Source: Octopus bimaculoides (taxonomy: Eukaryota). Taken from it: a stretch of DNA of 44,328 nucleotides. The translations under genes and the position numbers were made by a program. Every line of letters begins with the position of its first letter. Position 1 is the first letter of the stretch. Below are positions 33,270-44,328 of this stretch, piece by piece. Where the stretch lies: positions 36,950,430 through 36,994,757 of the forward strand of contig NC_068987.1 in assembly GCF_001194135.2 (NCBI RefSeq), written 5' to 3'. Under the pieces are notes generated by a model. It searched no databases, was not told the DNA's origin, and saw only the letters and a program-made list of their open reading frames with translations.

Positions 33270-33975
33270 TTTGCCGATTGAACTCATCAACGGTGCAGGA
33301 GAGAGTGCTATAACAATACTCCACAACCTTTGCTGTAAGATCTTAAGAGAGAAAGGACGTCTCTCAGATTGCTGCAAACATCCTTATATGAGAGAATTAT
33401 AGAACAATCGCTCTGATACCACATACAAGTAAAGTACTTTTGGCCATCATCCTAAAATGTTTGAGACCATTTCTCGAAGAAGAAATAGCTAAAGAACAGG
33501 GCGTGTTTGGAAGGGGACCTGGTACACGATCATCTGCAAAATCTCTACATAATTTCAGAAAAAAAAAGCAAGAGCACACAACCTTACAACTTTCTTTTAC
33601 TACATTGACTGTAGTCCGAAAGGACTTTGACTGTGCAAGCTATAGCAGCATGAGGGGCACCATGTCTAATCTCGGCATTCTGAAGTCCTCGCATTCGAGT
33701 AAATAATAAAAGCACAAAATATTTCTAGAAATAGGAAGGAGTTTGTCAGGGTTGTATTCTTTTTCCATTTTTGTTTTACATCTACACCGATTGGATAATG
33801 CGAGAAACAATACAGGAAGAAGGGGACATCAAGATATATGGCTCTCATATCTCTAGCCAAAAGGTATACAGACGATACTGTTCTAATTGCCAAGACCGAA
33901 GCTATACTACAAGAAATGACAAATAGAGTCAAGAAGGCATCAAATGCATATGGTCTTTATCTCAACCATATGAAA
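33270..33975 (+). mobile_element. RTE/BovB-like LINE reverse transcriptase fragment
   Basis: LPIELI, NYRTIALIPHTSKVLLAII, EQGVFGRGPGTRDHLQNL, KDFDC, YTDWIMRE, YTDDTVLIA, YGLYLN..KT; frameshifted. Confidence 0.88.
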
Positions 33976-34499
33976 ACATATACATAGAACAAGAACCCAT
34001 GACTTATCAAAGCAATATCTAATACTTCGCTAATTAGGTTCAATAAAATGAAAAAGAAAATTATATTTACTTTTACACCTTGTGTTTATTATTGTATGAA
34101 TTGAAATATCTTTAAAATGGTTGGCAGAATGAAAATGAATTGTATGGTTAACATTAGTAATGTTTTGAAAGCTATTTTCTCCCTCTCAATCTGATAATTT
34201 TTACAGTGAAATTTATATGATGCTATAAAATTCTTGAATAGTCTCTATTACAATACAAAGGGGGTTCCATATATCCTGTTAATCATAGCACATAATTTAC
34301 TATATTGCAATCAATATAATCCTTGTTGAGTTATGATAAGATAATAGAAATAGTTGAGACAATAGAGGATTAAAGTTTGATAGCTTATCTTTCGATTCTA
34401 CCCTTGATTACGTGTTTACTAAATGGTTTTACTTGGGATACATTTAAAATGTAGTCTATATTTATATAACATTCGTTATTTTTGTTCTTTCTTATATAT

Positions 34500-34509
34500 G
34501 TGCGCGCGC

Positions 34510-34551
<42 letters not shown>
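34500..34551. repeat. (CG)(TG)n microsatellite
   Basis: Direct reading. Confidence 0.95.
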
Positions 34552-34553
<2 letters not shown>

Positions 34554-34739
34554 ACATACAGACACAGTAAGGTGAGAGTTAACAATTCTAGTCGGTGTCT
34601 TGTGGAGCTATCAGCGATAGTAAGACAGAATAAGTTGGTATATTTACTATTCCAGTGCGAAGAGATACAACGGCATCCGGTGACTAGTAACTGTTGTGAC
34701 TACTAGCGTAAACAGAAACTACAGTACAACGGCAGTCAC

Positions 34740-35097
34740 ACATCAAACCAGAGGGAAAGACCTACTTTAGAACAGTATTGAAGGTTGATCTCAAGACATT
34801 GAGCCTTACAAAGGAGGTGACTAAGGACCGAGATATCTGCTACTTGGCTATATTCAAGAAGACCTGTCCACCACAGCAGAATTGGTACTTGTGCTGGTGC
34901 CACATAAACATCACTGGTGATGGTGACACATAAAAATATCCAGCACACTTTGTAAAGTGGTTGGCTTTAGGAAGAGTATCCAGCCATAGAAACCGTGCCA
35001 GAACAGAAAATGGAATCTGGCGTGGCCGCCGGCCTGTCAAACCGTCCAACCCATGCCAGTGAAAAACAGACGTTAAATGATCATCATGATGATCATA
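34740..35097 (+). mobile_element. LINE 3' end (RTE-like ORF terminus plus 3' UTR with GAT-type tail)
   Basis: VLKVDLKTLSLTKEVTKDRD..LAI.KKT resembles the RTE ORF terminus. It is followed by 'ggtgccac.taaa...gtggttggc.ttaggaag.g.atccagc...aaaccgtccaacccatgccag...gacgttaaatgatcatcatgatgat'. Confidence 0.55.
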
Positions 35098-35524
35098 TAT
35101 ATTCATGAGTTTGTGTGTGCGCGCGTGCGTACACGTGTGTGTTTTTCGTCATGTCTTTATGACCTGGTGTAAAAATCATTATTTCCAAATGAATAATTTA
35201 TCTATTTTTAACACAATACTTTTCATTTCTTTTTTATCCTGACCTCCTTTTCTTGATTGAAATATTTCTAAATAAATTACATAAACTATCAGTAAATAAT
35301 ATTTTTAAAAAACACTTTATCGTTATGGTATTTCTTTATCCATCACGATTCAGAAATAACTTTGAGCTGACCCTGAAGGTCAAGTGTCACGCCAAAGTTA
35401 TTTCTGAATATCCAATATAATTATTGGTCAAACATGGGATAATTATGGCAGATAAAATCAACTGATTCTCTTCTGACTCATCGTAAAAACACACTTTGTT
35501 CTTGTTATGGAATTGTCGTTGTCG

Positions 35525-35525
<1 letters not shown>

Positions 35526-35618
<93 letters not shown>

Positions 35619-36130
35619 TGCTGTTCTTCATTGTAGTGTTGTTGTAGCAATAACTTGTCATTGTAGCAGTGCTGCAGTAATATAATGTTGACGATGTTGT
35701 TGGTGATGTTGTAGTTAATCGTCTGATTGGTGACGTTGCTTTTATAGTAATATGTAATTTTGTAAGAGTACTGCTTAGGCTATTAACTTTGTTATAAGCT
35801 TAATAGTTGTTTAGATAGTTATGCTGATGATAGTAACAGTGGTAATGTTGATAATAGTGCAAGTTGTGCTGGAGGTAGTAGTGGTGGTGAGGGTTGTGGT
35901 GTTAGTGGTCGTGCATTTTGTGATTTTAGTGGTACTGCTGGTGGTGGTGGTGGTGGTGGTGATGCTGCTGCTGCTAGTGGTATTAGCGGCAATGTTGGTG
36001 GTTGTAGTAGTGGCTGCTATCTTTGTAATGGCTGTGATAGTGATGAAATAATATGAGAGGGGGGGAGTTCTGTTAGTTGTGGTAGTAGTAGTAGTGGTGG
36101 TGGTCATGTTTCATTGTAGTGTTAGTGGTT
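35526..36130. repeat. (AGT)n (35526-35617) plus degenerate GTA/GTG/GTT low-complexity tract
   Basis: Direct reading. Confidence 0.9.
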
Positions 36131-37012
36131 GTGATGAAATTGGACCGTTCTCACCGACTGAGAGTGAGCGTGTGGATGTAACCGTAAATGAGAGTGAGCG
36201 ACAGAAGGCTAAGTTTTTTTAGATGAGTTGTGGACAGCTAAATGTTTAAAGAATTGAAGTGACAGTGATATGGGGAAAGAAGAAAGAGGAGTGTTATATG
36301 AGAATCAGAAGCCATGTTTCAAGATGAACAAAGGGTAGAGAGGAGAATGAAAGTAGAAATGTCAAAGACCTCAAATATGGCAAACAGAGGATGTCCGATG
36401 TTTAAGCAAGGTTGATAAACACGTGAAATATGTTCTTCAAAGTTTGATACTTGTAAAATATATCGTCGGAGGGTCGTGTCTGGGAGATTGCCGTTTTATA
36501 GTAATGAATTATTGAAAAAACTGGTGAGGTTTCAGAAAATAAGATAAATTAGGGTATGATGAGAAACGCAAAGACTGATTGAGTAATTAAGTTCAAATGA
36601 AGGTAGTACACTATTTGCTAGACTGAGATGCAGCTACCATTGTAGTATCAGAAAATACAAAATGGCTGATGGAGTTATATTGCGTGTGTATAGGCTAATG
36701 ACAGATTAATGAAGGTCTATCAGTTAGTTTGCTAACCAATCAGGTGTTGTTGATTGATGGTGATGGTGGTAATGTTGATGGCAATGGTAGTTAAAATGGT
36801 GGGTATTGATGGTGATTTATGGTAGAGGTGGTTATGGTGATATTAGAGATGGTAGTGTAGGTAGTGATAGTGGTTATGATGATGCTAATAGTGCTGGTGC
36901 TTGTGACGGTAGAGACTGGAAATTCCACAAACTCAACACTGAGCTATTGAAACACAAAACAGTGATTTCCTATTGCTATACTTAAAACTATAGCACAAAA
37001 CTTTATATACTT

Positions 37013-37440
37013 AGGTGCAGGCATGGCTGTATGGTAAGNNNNNNNNNNNNNNNNNNNNNNNNNNNNNNNNNNNNNNNNNNNNNNNNNNNNNNNNNNNNNN
37101 NNNNNNNNNNNNNNNNNNNNNNNNNNNNNNNNNNNNNNNNNNNNNNNNNNNNNNNNNNNNNNNNNNNNNNNNNNNNNNNNNNNNNNNNNNNNNNNNNNNN
37201 NNNNNNNNNNNNNNNATGCGTGTGTCTTTGTGTCTGTGATTGTCCCCTACCACCACTTGACAACCGGTTTTGGTGCGTTTAAGTTCTCGTAACTTAGCGG
37301 TTCGGCAAAAGATGTCGATAGAATAAGAACTAAGCTTGAAAAAAATGTCTTGTCGATTTATTCGATTAAAATCCTTTAAGACTGAGCCCCGCCATAGTCG
37401 CAGTCAAGTGACTAAAACAAGTATAAAAGATAAAAGATAC
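37013..37440 (+). mobile_element. SINE family A spanning the gap at 37039-37215
   Basis: The head start 'ggtgcaggcatggctgtatggtaag' precedes the gap; the 3' half with an (AAAGATA) tail follows it. Confidence 0.85.
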
Positions 37441-37645
37441 TTAACTACAGTACCTATCCACAAAATTACAACCTCACTACCATCATAATCACCACCATAT
37501 AAACTATAGTAAAATCGAATGCGTTGTCTACACTCTCACGTTTCTGGCCAGGGAGAATGTTTTTCCTTTCTTCCGCAAGACCTCGCTGCAATGGTGTGTG
37601 GAAGTGGGACGCGCCGTAATGACATCATTTTTTACTGAAGTTCTT

Positions 37646-37692
37646 AAGGCAACGAGCTGGCAGAATCGCTAACACGCCGGGCGAAATGCTTA
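37646..37692 (+). mobile_element. SINE family B head fragment
   Basis: 'aaggcaacgagctggcagaatcgctaacacgccgggcgaaatgctta'. Confidence 0.8.
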
Positions 37693-39269
37693 TAAACAAG
37701 AACGAGAATTAACGCTTAAAGCAACGAAAACTGAAGATGAGGATGCATGTGACATAAACATAGTAAAGAATAAATGTGATCCTGGATAGAACGACAGCCT
37801 AACACAGATAACAATCGACAAAACGCAAGTCAAATCTATAACGACAATATTGTCGACTGATTTGGATACAAAATTAAACCCCCGCCGTCATAGACTCCTA
37901 AATACACTCTACCTGAAAAGTTCGAAATTGTCACGATTGGATTTTAAGTTTGTTGGAATTTGCCTGCGTCAAAGCTAAACCACAATAGCAGTACTTAACC
38001 TTTGTTAGTGTAATTTTATGTACAATCCTACAATTCTTCTGAACATTTCAGCTTAATAATCTGCGTTTAAAATTCTTCAGCCAAACATTCCACAAGAGAA
38101 ACGACAAATCCAATTTGCTTTCATTAAAATTTCTAAGTAAAATCAAAAGAGAAACATCACTGCAAATGGCTACAAAACCTTTAAATTGCATCAAAAAACT
38201 TTCTATTTTAATCTGCAAATATAGTTTCCCCTCCTCTGCACTGAAAGTTGAGAATTTTGAAAGCTATTTTATGCATTAGTAGTTGTGAAGAGTCCAAAAT
38301 TCAATATCTCGAGGAAAAAATAAATCTGTCAGATTTACAGCAAATGATTTCCAATTTTCTTAAAAGCTTTAGTCCTGTTTGATCTCGCATGCTTTGTTCA
38401 TTTTAGTGTCCAGTGATTCTACTAAGAACCATATGTCTGGGTATCGATTAATCATACACCTACACATTTCTCTTTCATTGTTTGAATTTAGAAGTGTTTA
38501 ACATTTTTCCAACCAAAATTATTGATTTTTGTAACGAGGCACGTGACTATTTTCTTTGTGTATCTGAACGAGGTTACTATTGTTTTAATCAGCCTCATTA
38601 TTTTACAGGCAATGTCGATAACTGACAATCGGCAAGAAAGTCAATTATCCAAGGGAACCTCTATGCAATCGGTCAGCATGTTAGAAATAGCAGCTACATA
38701 CCTGAAAGTATATATTAAATAGAAATTTATTCGCGATATTTAATGAGCTATGTTTCCGTATTATATGCAAATCAAGAAGACTGGTAATGTTACATCCTGA
38801 TAAGCTATTGCTCTATAAAGTGATTTAGACTATTACTTCACTGGGTAGCAGAAGAATTAAAGTGCATCTTCTCTATTAAGAGGATAAACGTCCCTGAAAC
38901 ACATATGTGAAAAGATACCCAATTATTTATTGTCTACATAAAAGAACAGTAAGATATTTTCACATTAACTGCAGGAACGGATTTTGTCTAGGCATGTGAT
39001 TAACAGTGTGTGCATAATACCAACAAAGCCCAATGAGGCAGAAATGTACATCCAGCATTCTCACCTTCGAAGCTGGATTATTTTCGTCCGCTACTGATTT
39101 TCTGCCGCAGAGTAACAACAGAACCGTTCCCCGCAAACAGGAAGCCGATGATATAATACAGAATTTGAACTTAGAACACTAAACATCGGAAGAGTTAAAG
39201 TAAGACACCTCATCCAGTGCTTTAACAATTTCACCTATCCACTCTCTGAACTGATGCCCTATTTCTGGA

Positions 39270-39375
39270 GCCGGGAAGAATAGAATGCAACGTTGGCCTC
39301 GGTGAGATTCGACCTCAGAGAACCCAAGCAAATACCTCAATGATGCCTTTACTACTCTGCTGGTTCGTCATCTTA
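39270..39375 (-). mobile_element. SINE family B-like fragment, degenerate
   Basis: 'ttggcctcggtgagattcgacctcagag' resembles the reverse complement of the B-box/GAGG segment. Confidence 0.4.
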
Positions 39376-39940
39376 TATGAATACGATAGCTGGGCCATCA
39401 GATGTCGCCATAAAAAGGAATGCTATTTCTCCATATTTCCATCTCATACAAACGTACTCAGTATTTTCTAAGTTGAACAAGTTTGTACTCAAGATTCTGT
39501 TTACCAATGAAGAAATTACATGTGTCAACATTCATTTTAAATCTGATTCGAAAAACCTACTAATGAAGTTTCTGATTTAATTATGCAAAAATCAATCACA
39601 CAACAATATATGCGGCAATTGTGAATACCTTTAGTTTCAACAGTTATACATAATTAAATCGGCAACTGTATTTTGTGTCTGAAAATTGCGTTGACCTGAA
39701 GCTAGTTCCAGTTTGATGATTCCAGGTTACAGGGCAAATGGGGTCACGTATAATCAAATATTTTGTCTTAACAGGCAGTATAATTTACTTGCCGCTCAGC
39801 GAACTTTGTAATAAATGTTACTATTTGGGAAGAAAAGCGATAATAGAATAGATTAGCTCGAATTTTGATGACAAATAAACAGAACAGGAAGACTTGGGTG
39901 CATTGTCCTCATTTCATTTCTTAATAAAACCTCGCGAAGT

Positions 39941-40189
39941 CTCTCTCTCTCTCTCTCTCAAACACACACACACATACACACACACGCACACACACACAGA
40001 CGTACATACATATAAAATATATATACATATATATATACACATATACGTGTATATAAATATACATACATACACACACACACATACACATATAAATGTATAT
40101 ACATTGAGTGTGTACATGCGATTGTGTAAGTTGTATGAATCTAGGCCTAAATATGTATACGTATATGTTAATATATAACTGTGTGCGTG

Positions 40190-40221
<32 letters not shown>

Positions 40222-40386
40222 CATACATACATACATACATACATACATACATACATACGTACATACATACACATATGTATAATATTTTTCTATACTGAAG
40301 CATTATATATCCACTTTCCCTTATTTTTCATCATCATTATCCTCATCATCATTATTATCATCATTATTATTATTATTATTATTAAT
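39941..40386. repeat. Compound (CT)/(CA)/(TA)/(ACAT)/(ATC)/(ATT) microsatellites
   Basis: Direct reading. Confidence 0.95.
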
Positions 40387-43260
40387 ATTTCCATTTCGCT
40401 TCTCAGAGCTCACGATTTCACTTACTCCGGTTTATTCTGTAAGACCGAAAGACAATCTGTTATCAAGGATTTCACAAAGTCTCTTAACCCAATCTCAAAG
40501 TCCTCGCTGTCTCAATAAACCAGTTTTCTGAGTGCGTTCTACCCTTATGTCTATCCCAATTTCTCAAGCGTGGTTGTTTATGCGTCCATTAATGGGATGA
40601 CGGTTACGTTCTTCATTTCCCATATTCGTGCAATTTCATTTTTTAGTAGTTTGCACTTCTCAATCATCTCCAGTTCTTTGTCACCCACTCGAACATCCCC
40701 AGGTATGGGAATATCTATGATCTTGATTTCCTTCATCATTTTATCGACTACAACAATGTCTGTTTTCCGATCTTCTATCACTGAATTACACTTGCTAGTA
40801 AAATCTCACAAGACAGTATACTCGTTATTCTCAGTGACGCCTTCTATTATATGCTTGTATCATTTCAATGGAGTTTCAAGGCCGTACTTTTCACATAATC
40901 TCCACTGAAGATACTTAACTACACTATTATGCCTCCCTTTGTATTCTTTTGGGGCCAATCTGCTACACTCACTCATAATATGTTAAACTGTTTCATTTTT
41001 ATGCCATTCATCTAAAATGAAACTGTTTCATTTTTGACGCCATACATCCAACAAAGGAGCGAATCACTGATCTCATCTATTCGGAACTTGGTATAATTAT
41101 TTCCCAGAGCTTTTTTCTTGGGCACCGCGTATCAATGCCTCAGTGCATCCTTTCAGGTCACTTTTCCTTAGCCACCTCCAGTTGTTGGTCTTGTCTTTCC
41201 CTTTCTCTGAGGTATTACCCATGCATTGTTTTTATTTTCCATTGTTGGATCCTTGTTCTCCATCTTGTTTCTTAAATGTTTTGGGGTGTGTCATATTTTT
41301 ACTTGGTATCGTGTGATATAAACAGCGACAGCCAACTGTTCAATCTGTTCTTTGATGTACCATCTCAGACTGTTTTCTTCATTGACAACACAGATTTGCA
41401 TCCTATGAGACCTCTTCCTTCCTTTGTTTCTAGGCACATATCAATATCGATATCGTTTTTTAGAATGCAGTTTCTTGTTCATTGTCATCATTTTCCTGGT
41501 TTTTCACCTGCGCCATATAGTATTAAGAAGACAGCGTGTATTCATTGCGCTGATCTTGTTCTTTCCATTGAGTTTACTCTCCATACTTAAATTGGTTCTT
41601 TTGAAGCTTAAAGTTTTCCTTGTTTTTGTCATACTCCAAAATACTCAGATGCCTCAACATCCTTGATTCCCACTGCCGTTGCTTAGTTCAACATCATGAG
41701 ATGACACTGCTTTTCCTCTTTTTTATGATAAACACACCACACTTTTTAATCCTAAATTCCATCTTTACTGAATATCTGCACTGTTGAAATCAGACCATTT
41801 ATTTCACGTTCACTCTTACCGAAGATCTTTAAGCCTTCCATATTCAACAGGTGATTCAACTTTCTCCACTTTTCAAGGAGTACCGCGAAGTCACTTTCTG
41901 TAATATTTGTGTGAGAGGTATCATACAAGTCACAAGCAGCAATGGCGACAGACTACCTCCCTGAAATATGCCTCTCCTGATATTAACCTTCGCTAAAAAA
42001 GTTCTCCACATGATGTTAACTCTGTATTCCAGTTCTTCATTGATCTCTTCATAAAATTTAAAATGTTATCAGACACCTATACCAACTCAAGACTTTCTAA
42101 AATCCAGGAACGAGGAACCATTCCACGCCATACCAAGATTAGTATGTCTTTTCTTACAGACCTTCAGCTCCATTCTGTCTATCAGAAATTGATCTTTTGT
42201 CCTCAGGTTTTTCCTTCTGCATCCCTTCTGTTCTACTGACAGCTCGTCGTTCATTTCAATGAAGTCATACACACAATTACATATATTCCTGTAATCAAGT
42301 TCCACAAGAGCAGGCACAAGATAGACCGGTAATTATCAACTGCATTGCTTTTACAGGGTCCTTTTGGCAAAGAAATGTTTTCTCTTTGGTCATCCATTCT
42401 GAGATTTCCAACCCGTTGCTGACCATTTCGTCCATTTGCGTTGATATTCTTTTGTGTAGTGCAAGGAAATTTTCAGCCAGTACCCTTGTATCCTATCCGA
42501 GCCTGAACATTTCTAGTTTGGAATCTTTGTTGTCTGATCAGTCACCACTTCAGTCGTTATTCTTATATTGTCCTGTTTCACTTCATTTTTCTCCAGTCTT
42601 AATTCCCTCAACCATTCAACATCTTTCTTATGATTCTTTACATTATCTTAAATGTTATTCTTTTCTGTTCAGCTTCTGATAAACCCTTTTCTGATTGTGT
42701 TGGAACAGTCTGTTGGTCTTATATTGTTTAATTCTTTGCTCATATTTCTTAATTTTTGTAGCTTTAGCCTGCAGTCTTTGTTTCAGCTCTTAAACAAGGA
42801 CATTACATTTAATCTCCTTTTTCTTGATCCTATCTCGATGTTCTGGTTCCTGAACTTTCTACTTATTCCCGATTTCTCCTTGTTTCTTTCTTTCCAAGGT
42901 GTTGATATGTTTTAATAGTTCATTCATTGATAGCTTTATCATTCTCTACCTCTAGGTTCTTTTACTACATTTCCTCTTTTACGCTTTAATCAATCTATAC
43001 GCTCCAGTTATATTATTCGTCTTAATATTTTTCCGTACTTTATTCACCTTCCTAGTTACCCACTGAACAAAATTCTATCCACTTTCTTGAATCCATTTAC
43101 TTCCATATCCAAACTTTTTTCAATGGTACCAGTCATGTCTTCATTCCTTTGTCTTCATCGCTCAGTCCCTCTACATTCTCAAAACTCAAACCAGTATCAT
43201 CCTCTTGAACATTTTCATTCAATACAACCTTGTCAACATTCTCTGTGACCACTTCATCTT
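40387..43260 (-). mobile_element. R4/Dong-like RLE LINE (family 1), about 2.9 kb, heavily decayed, 3' end present
   Basis: [101 protein letters not shown]...IIDIPIPGD.RV.DKE.E.IEK (PD..D-type endonuclease). The 3' UTR runs into (AAT)n. Confidence 0.85.
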
Positions 43261-43271
43261 CACTTACTATA

Positions 43272-43333
<62 letters not shown>
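43272..43333. repeat. (AGT)n microsatellite
   Basis: Direct reading. Confidence 0.95.
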
Positions 43334-43334
<1 letters not shown>

Positions 43335-44104
43335 CAGCAGCAGAAGCAGATGCAGTATCAGCGAGTCAGACTACGAATTTATCTACCACACAGTAAATAA
43401 TAAATAAATGTCTATGCTTCTTGATTGAATTTTCTTATTATTGTTTTGTCGTCAATCTGTGGACATAGTCTATAAACGGTAAGTTGGTTCTTACCGTTGG
43501 GAAAATTATATGCGTCGTTCTTCGCAAAACCCTCAAAGCACTGTCATGTACAACTATAGACTCATGTTTTCAACATCACAGAAGTAATTAGTCATCCACT
43601 TGCCTGCATTTAGTATTGATATTACGATTTTTGAAAACAAGATCTAATTTAGAAACAATCTTTCCTCTAATGTTGTATACATCCTAAATGAAAAATACTC
43701 AGCAAAACTTGAAGCCTAATAACGGTTAATGATTAATTACAATGTAGTTACAGTATTGACTTAGTTTGTGTCATTAATTTCCTAGGTGCATTTTATGTGA
43801 ACGCTGCTGTATCTATATTATATATTTATTTCAAATGTATTATATATGAACACAATTATACCGTCGTTAAACATATTTTTCCATCTGTGTTATATGTTAT
43901 ATGTGAACTTTTTTCACCTAAGTTATATGTGAGAATTATTTTCTCCTTGTTATATCTATTTTACCAGTGTTTTATGTGAGAACTATTGTAGCTATGTTAA
44001 GCAATATCCGTTTTTCATATGTACATATGTGCGATATATTTAAACTCGGTTACAATAAATGATAGCAATATTATATAGCTAATTAATTATATGAAAAGAT
44101 AGCT

Positions 44105-44134
44105 TATATATATATATGTATATATATATATATG

Positions 44135-44165
<31 letters not shown>

Positions 44166-44215
44166 GTATATATATATTTAAAATTATTTATATATATATA
44201 TATATATATATAAAC
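44105..44215. repeat. (TA)n/(TATG) microsatellite
   Basis: Direct reading. Confidence 0.95.
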
Positions 44216-44328
44216 AAATAATAAATGTGTATATGCATATATACGTACAGGCATGTGCATACCTACGTCTACATGTATATATAGGTGCATATCTGGGTAC
44301 AGGACATTGCAAACAAAACGTAGACAAG

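Noticed and set aside
37520-37630. GC-richer patch with CpGs and a TGACATCA near-palindrome, suggesting a promoter
   Set aside because: The motifs are too short to be informative and no linked transcript start can be supported.
38609-38671. 63-nt candidate exon AMSITDNRQESQLSKGTSMQS (good acceptor, gtcagc donor)
   Set aside because: Isolated, with a mediocre donor, and downstream of the predicted stop of the 30-32 kb chain; unsupported without RNA data.
1-44328. CRISPR arrays, rRNA, true tRNA genes, prokaryotic operons
   Set aside because: No regularly spaced repeat-spacer array. The tRNA-like segments are SINE heads without a complete cloverleaf. The content is eukaryotic.

Overview
Repeat-dense eukaryotic genomic DNA, AT-rich and with 8 assembly gaps. 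It is very probably from an octopus (coleoid cephalopod), inferred from the tRNA-derived SINE families and the LINE and mariner types. Most ORFs in the supplied track are microsatellite or N-gap artefacts. Supported content: two Penelope-like element (PLE) remnants of different types; five R4/Dong-like restriction-like-endonuclease (RLE) LINE remnants in two families; three RTE-type LINE fragments; a LINE ORF1 remnant with a zinc knuckle; a decayed mariner; two Helitron/Helentron-like non-autonomous pieces; many copies of two SINE families (called A and B here); and abundant microsatellites. No intact transposon ORF is present. The only host-gene signal is a low-confidence, phase-compatible chain of five + strand exons at 30.5-32.4 kb. 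Three observations stand out: (i) a PLE relic bounded by inverted arms that each carry a minimal hammerhead ribozyme with a different inactivating change; (ii) an RLE LINE family whose three copies all end on (CA)n/(ACAT)n, one nested in a SINE's central microsatellite and one joined to a SINE head; (iii) an in-frame UAG that doubles as a splice acceptor in the candidate host gene. All calls come from reading the sequence; no database searches were run.
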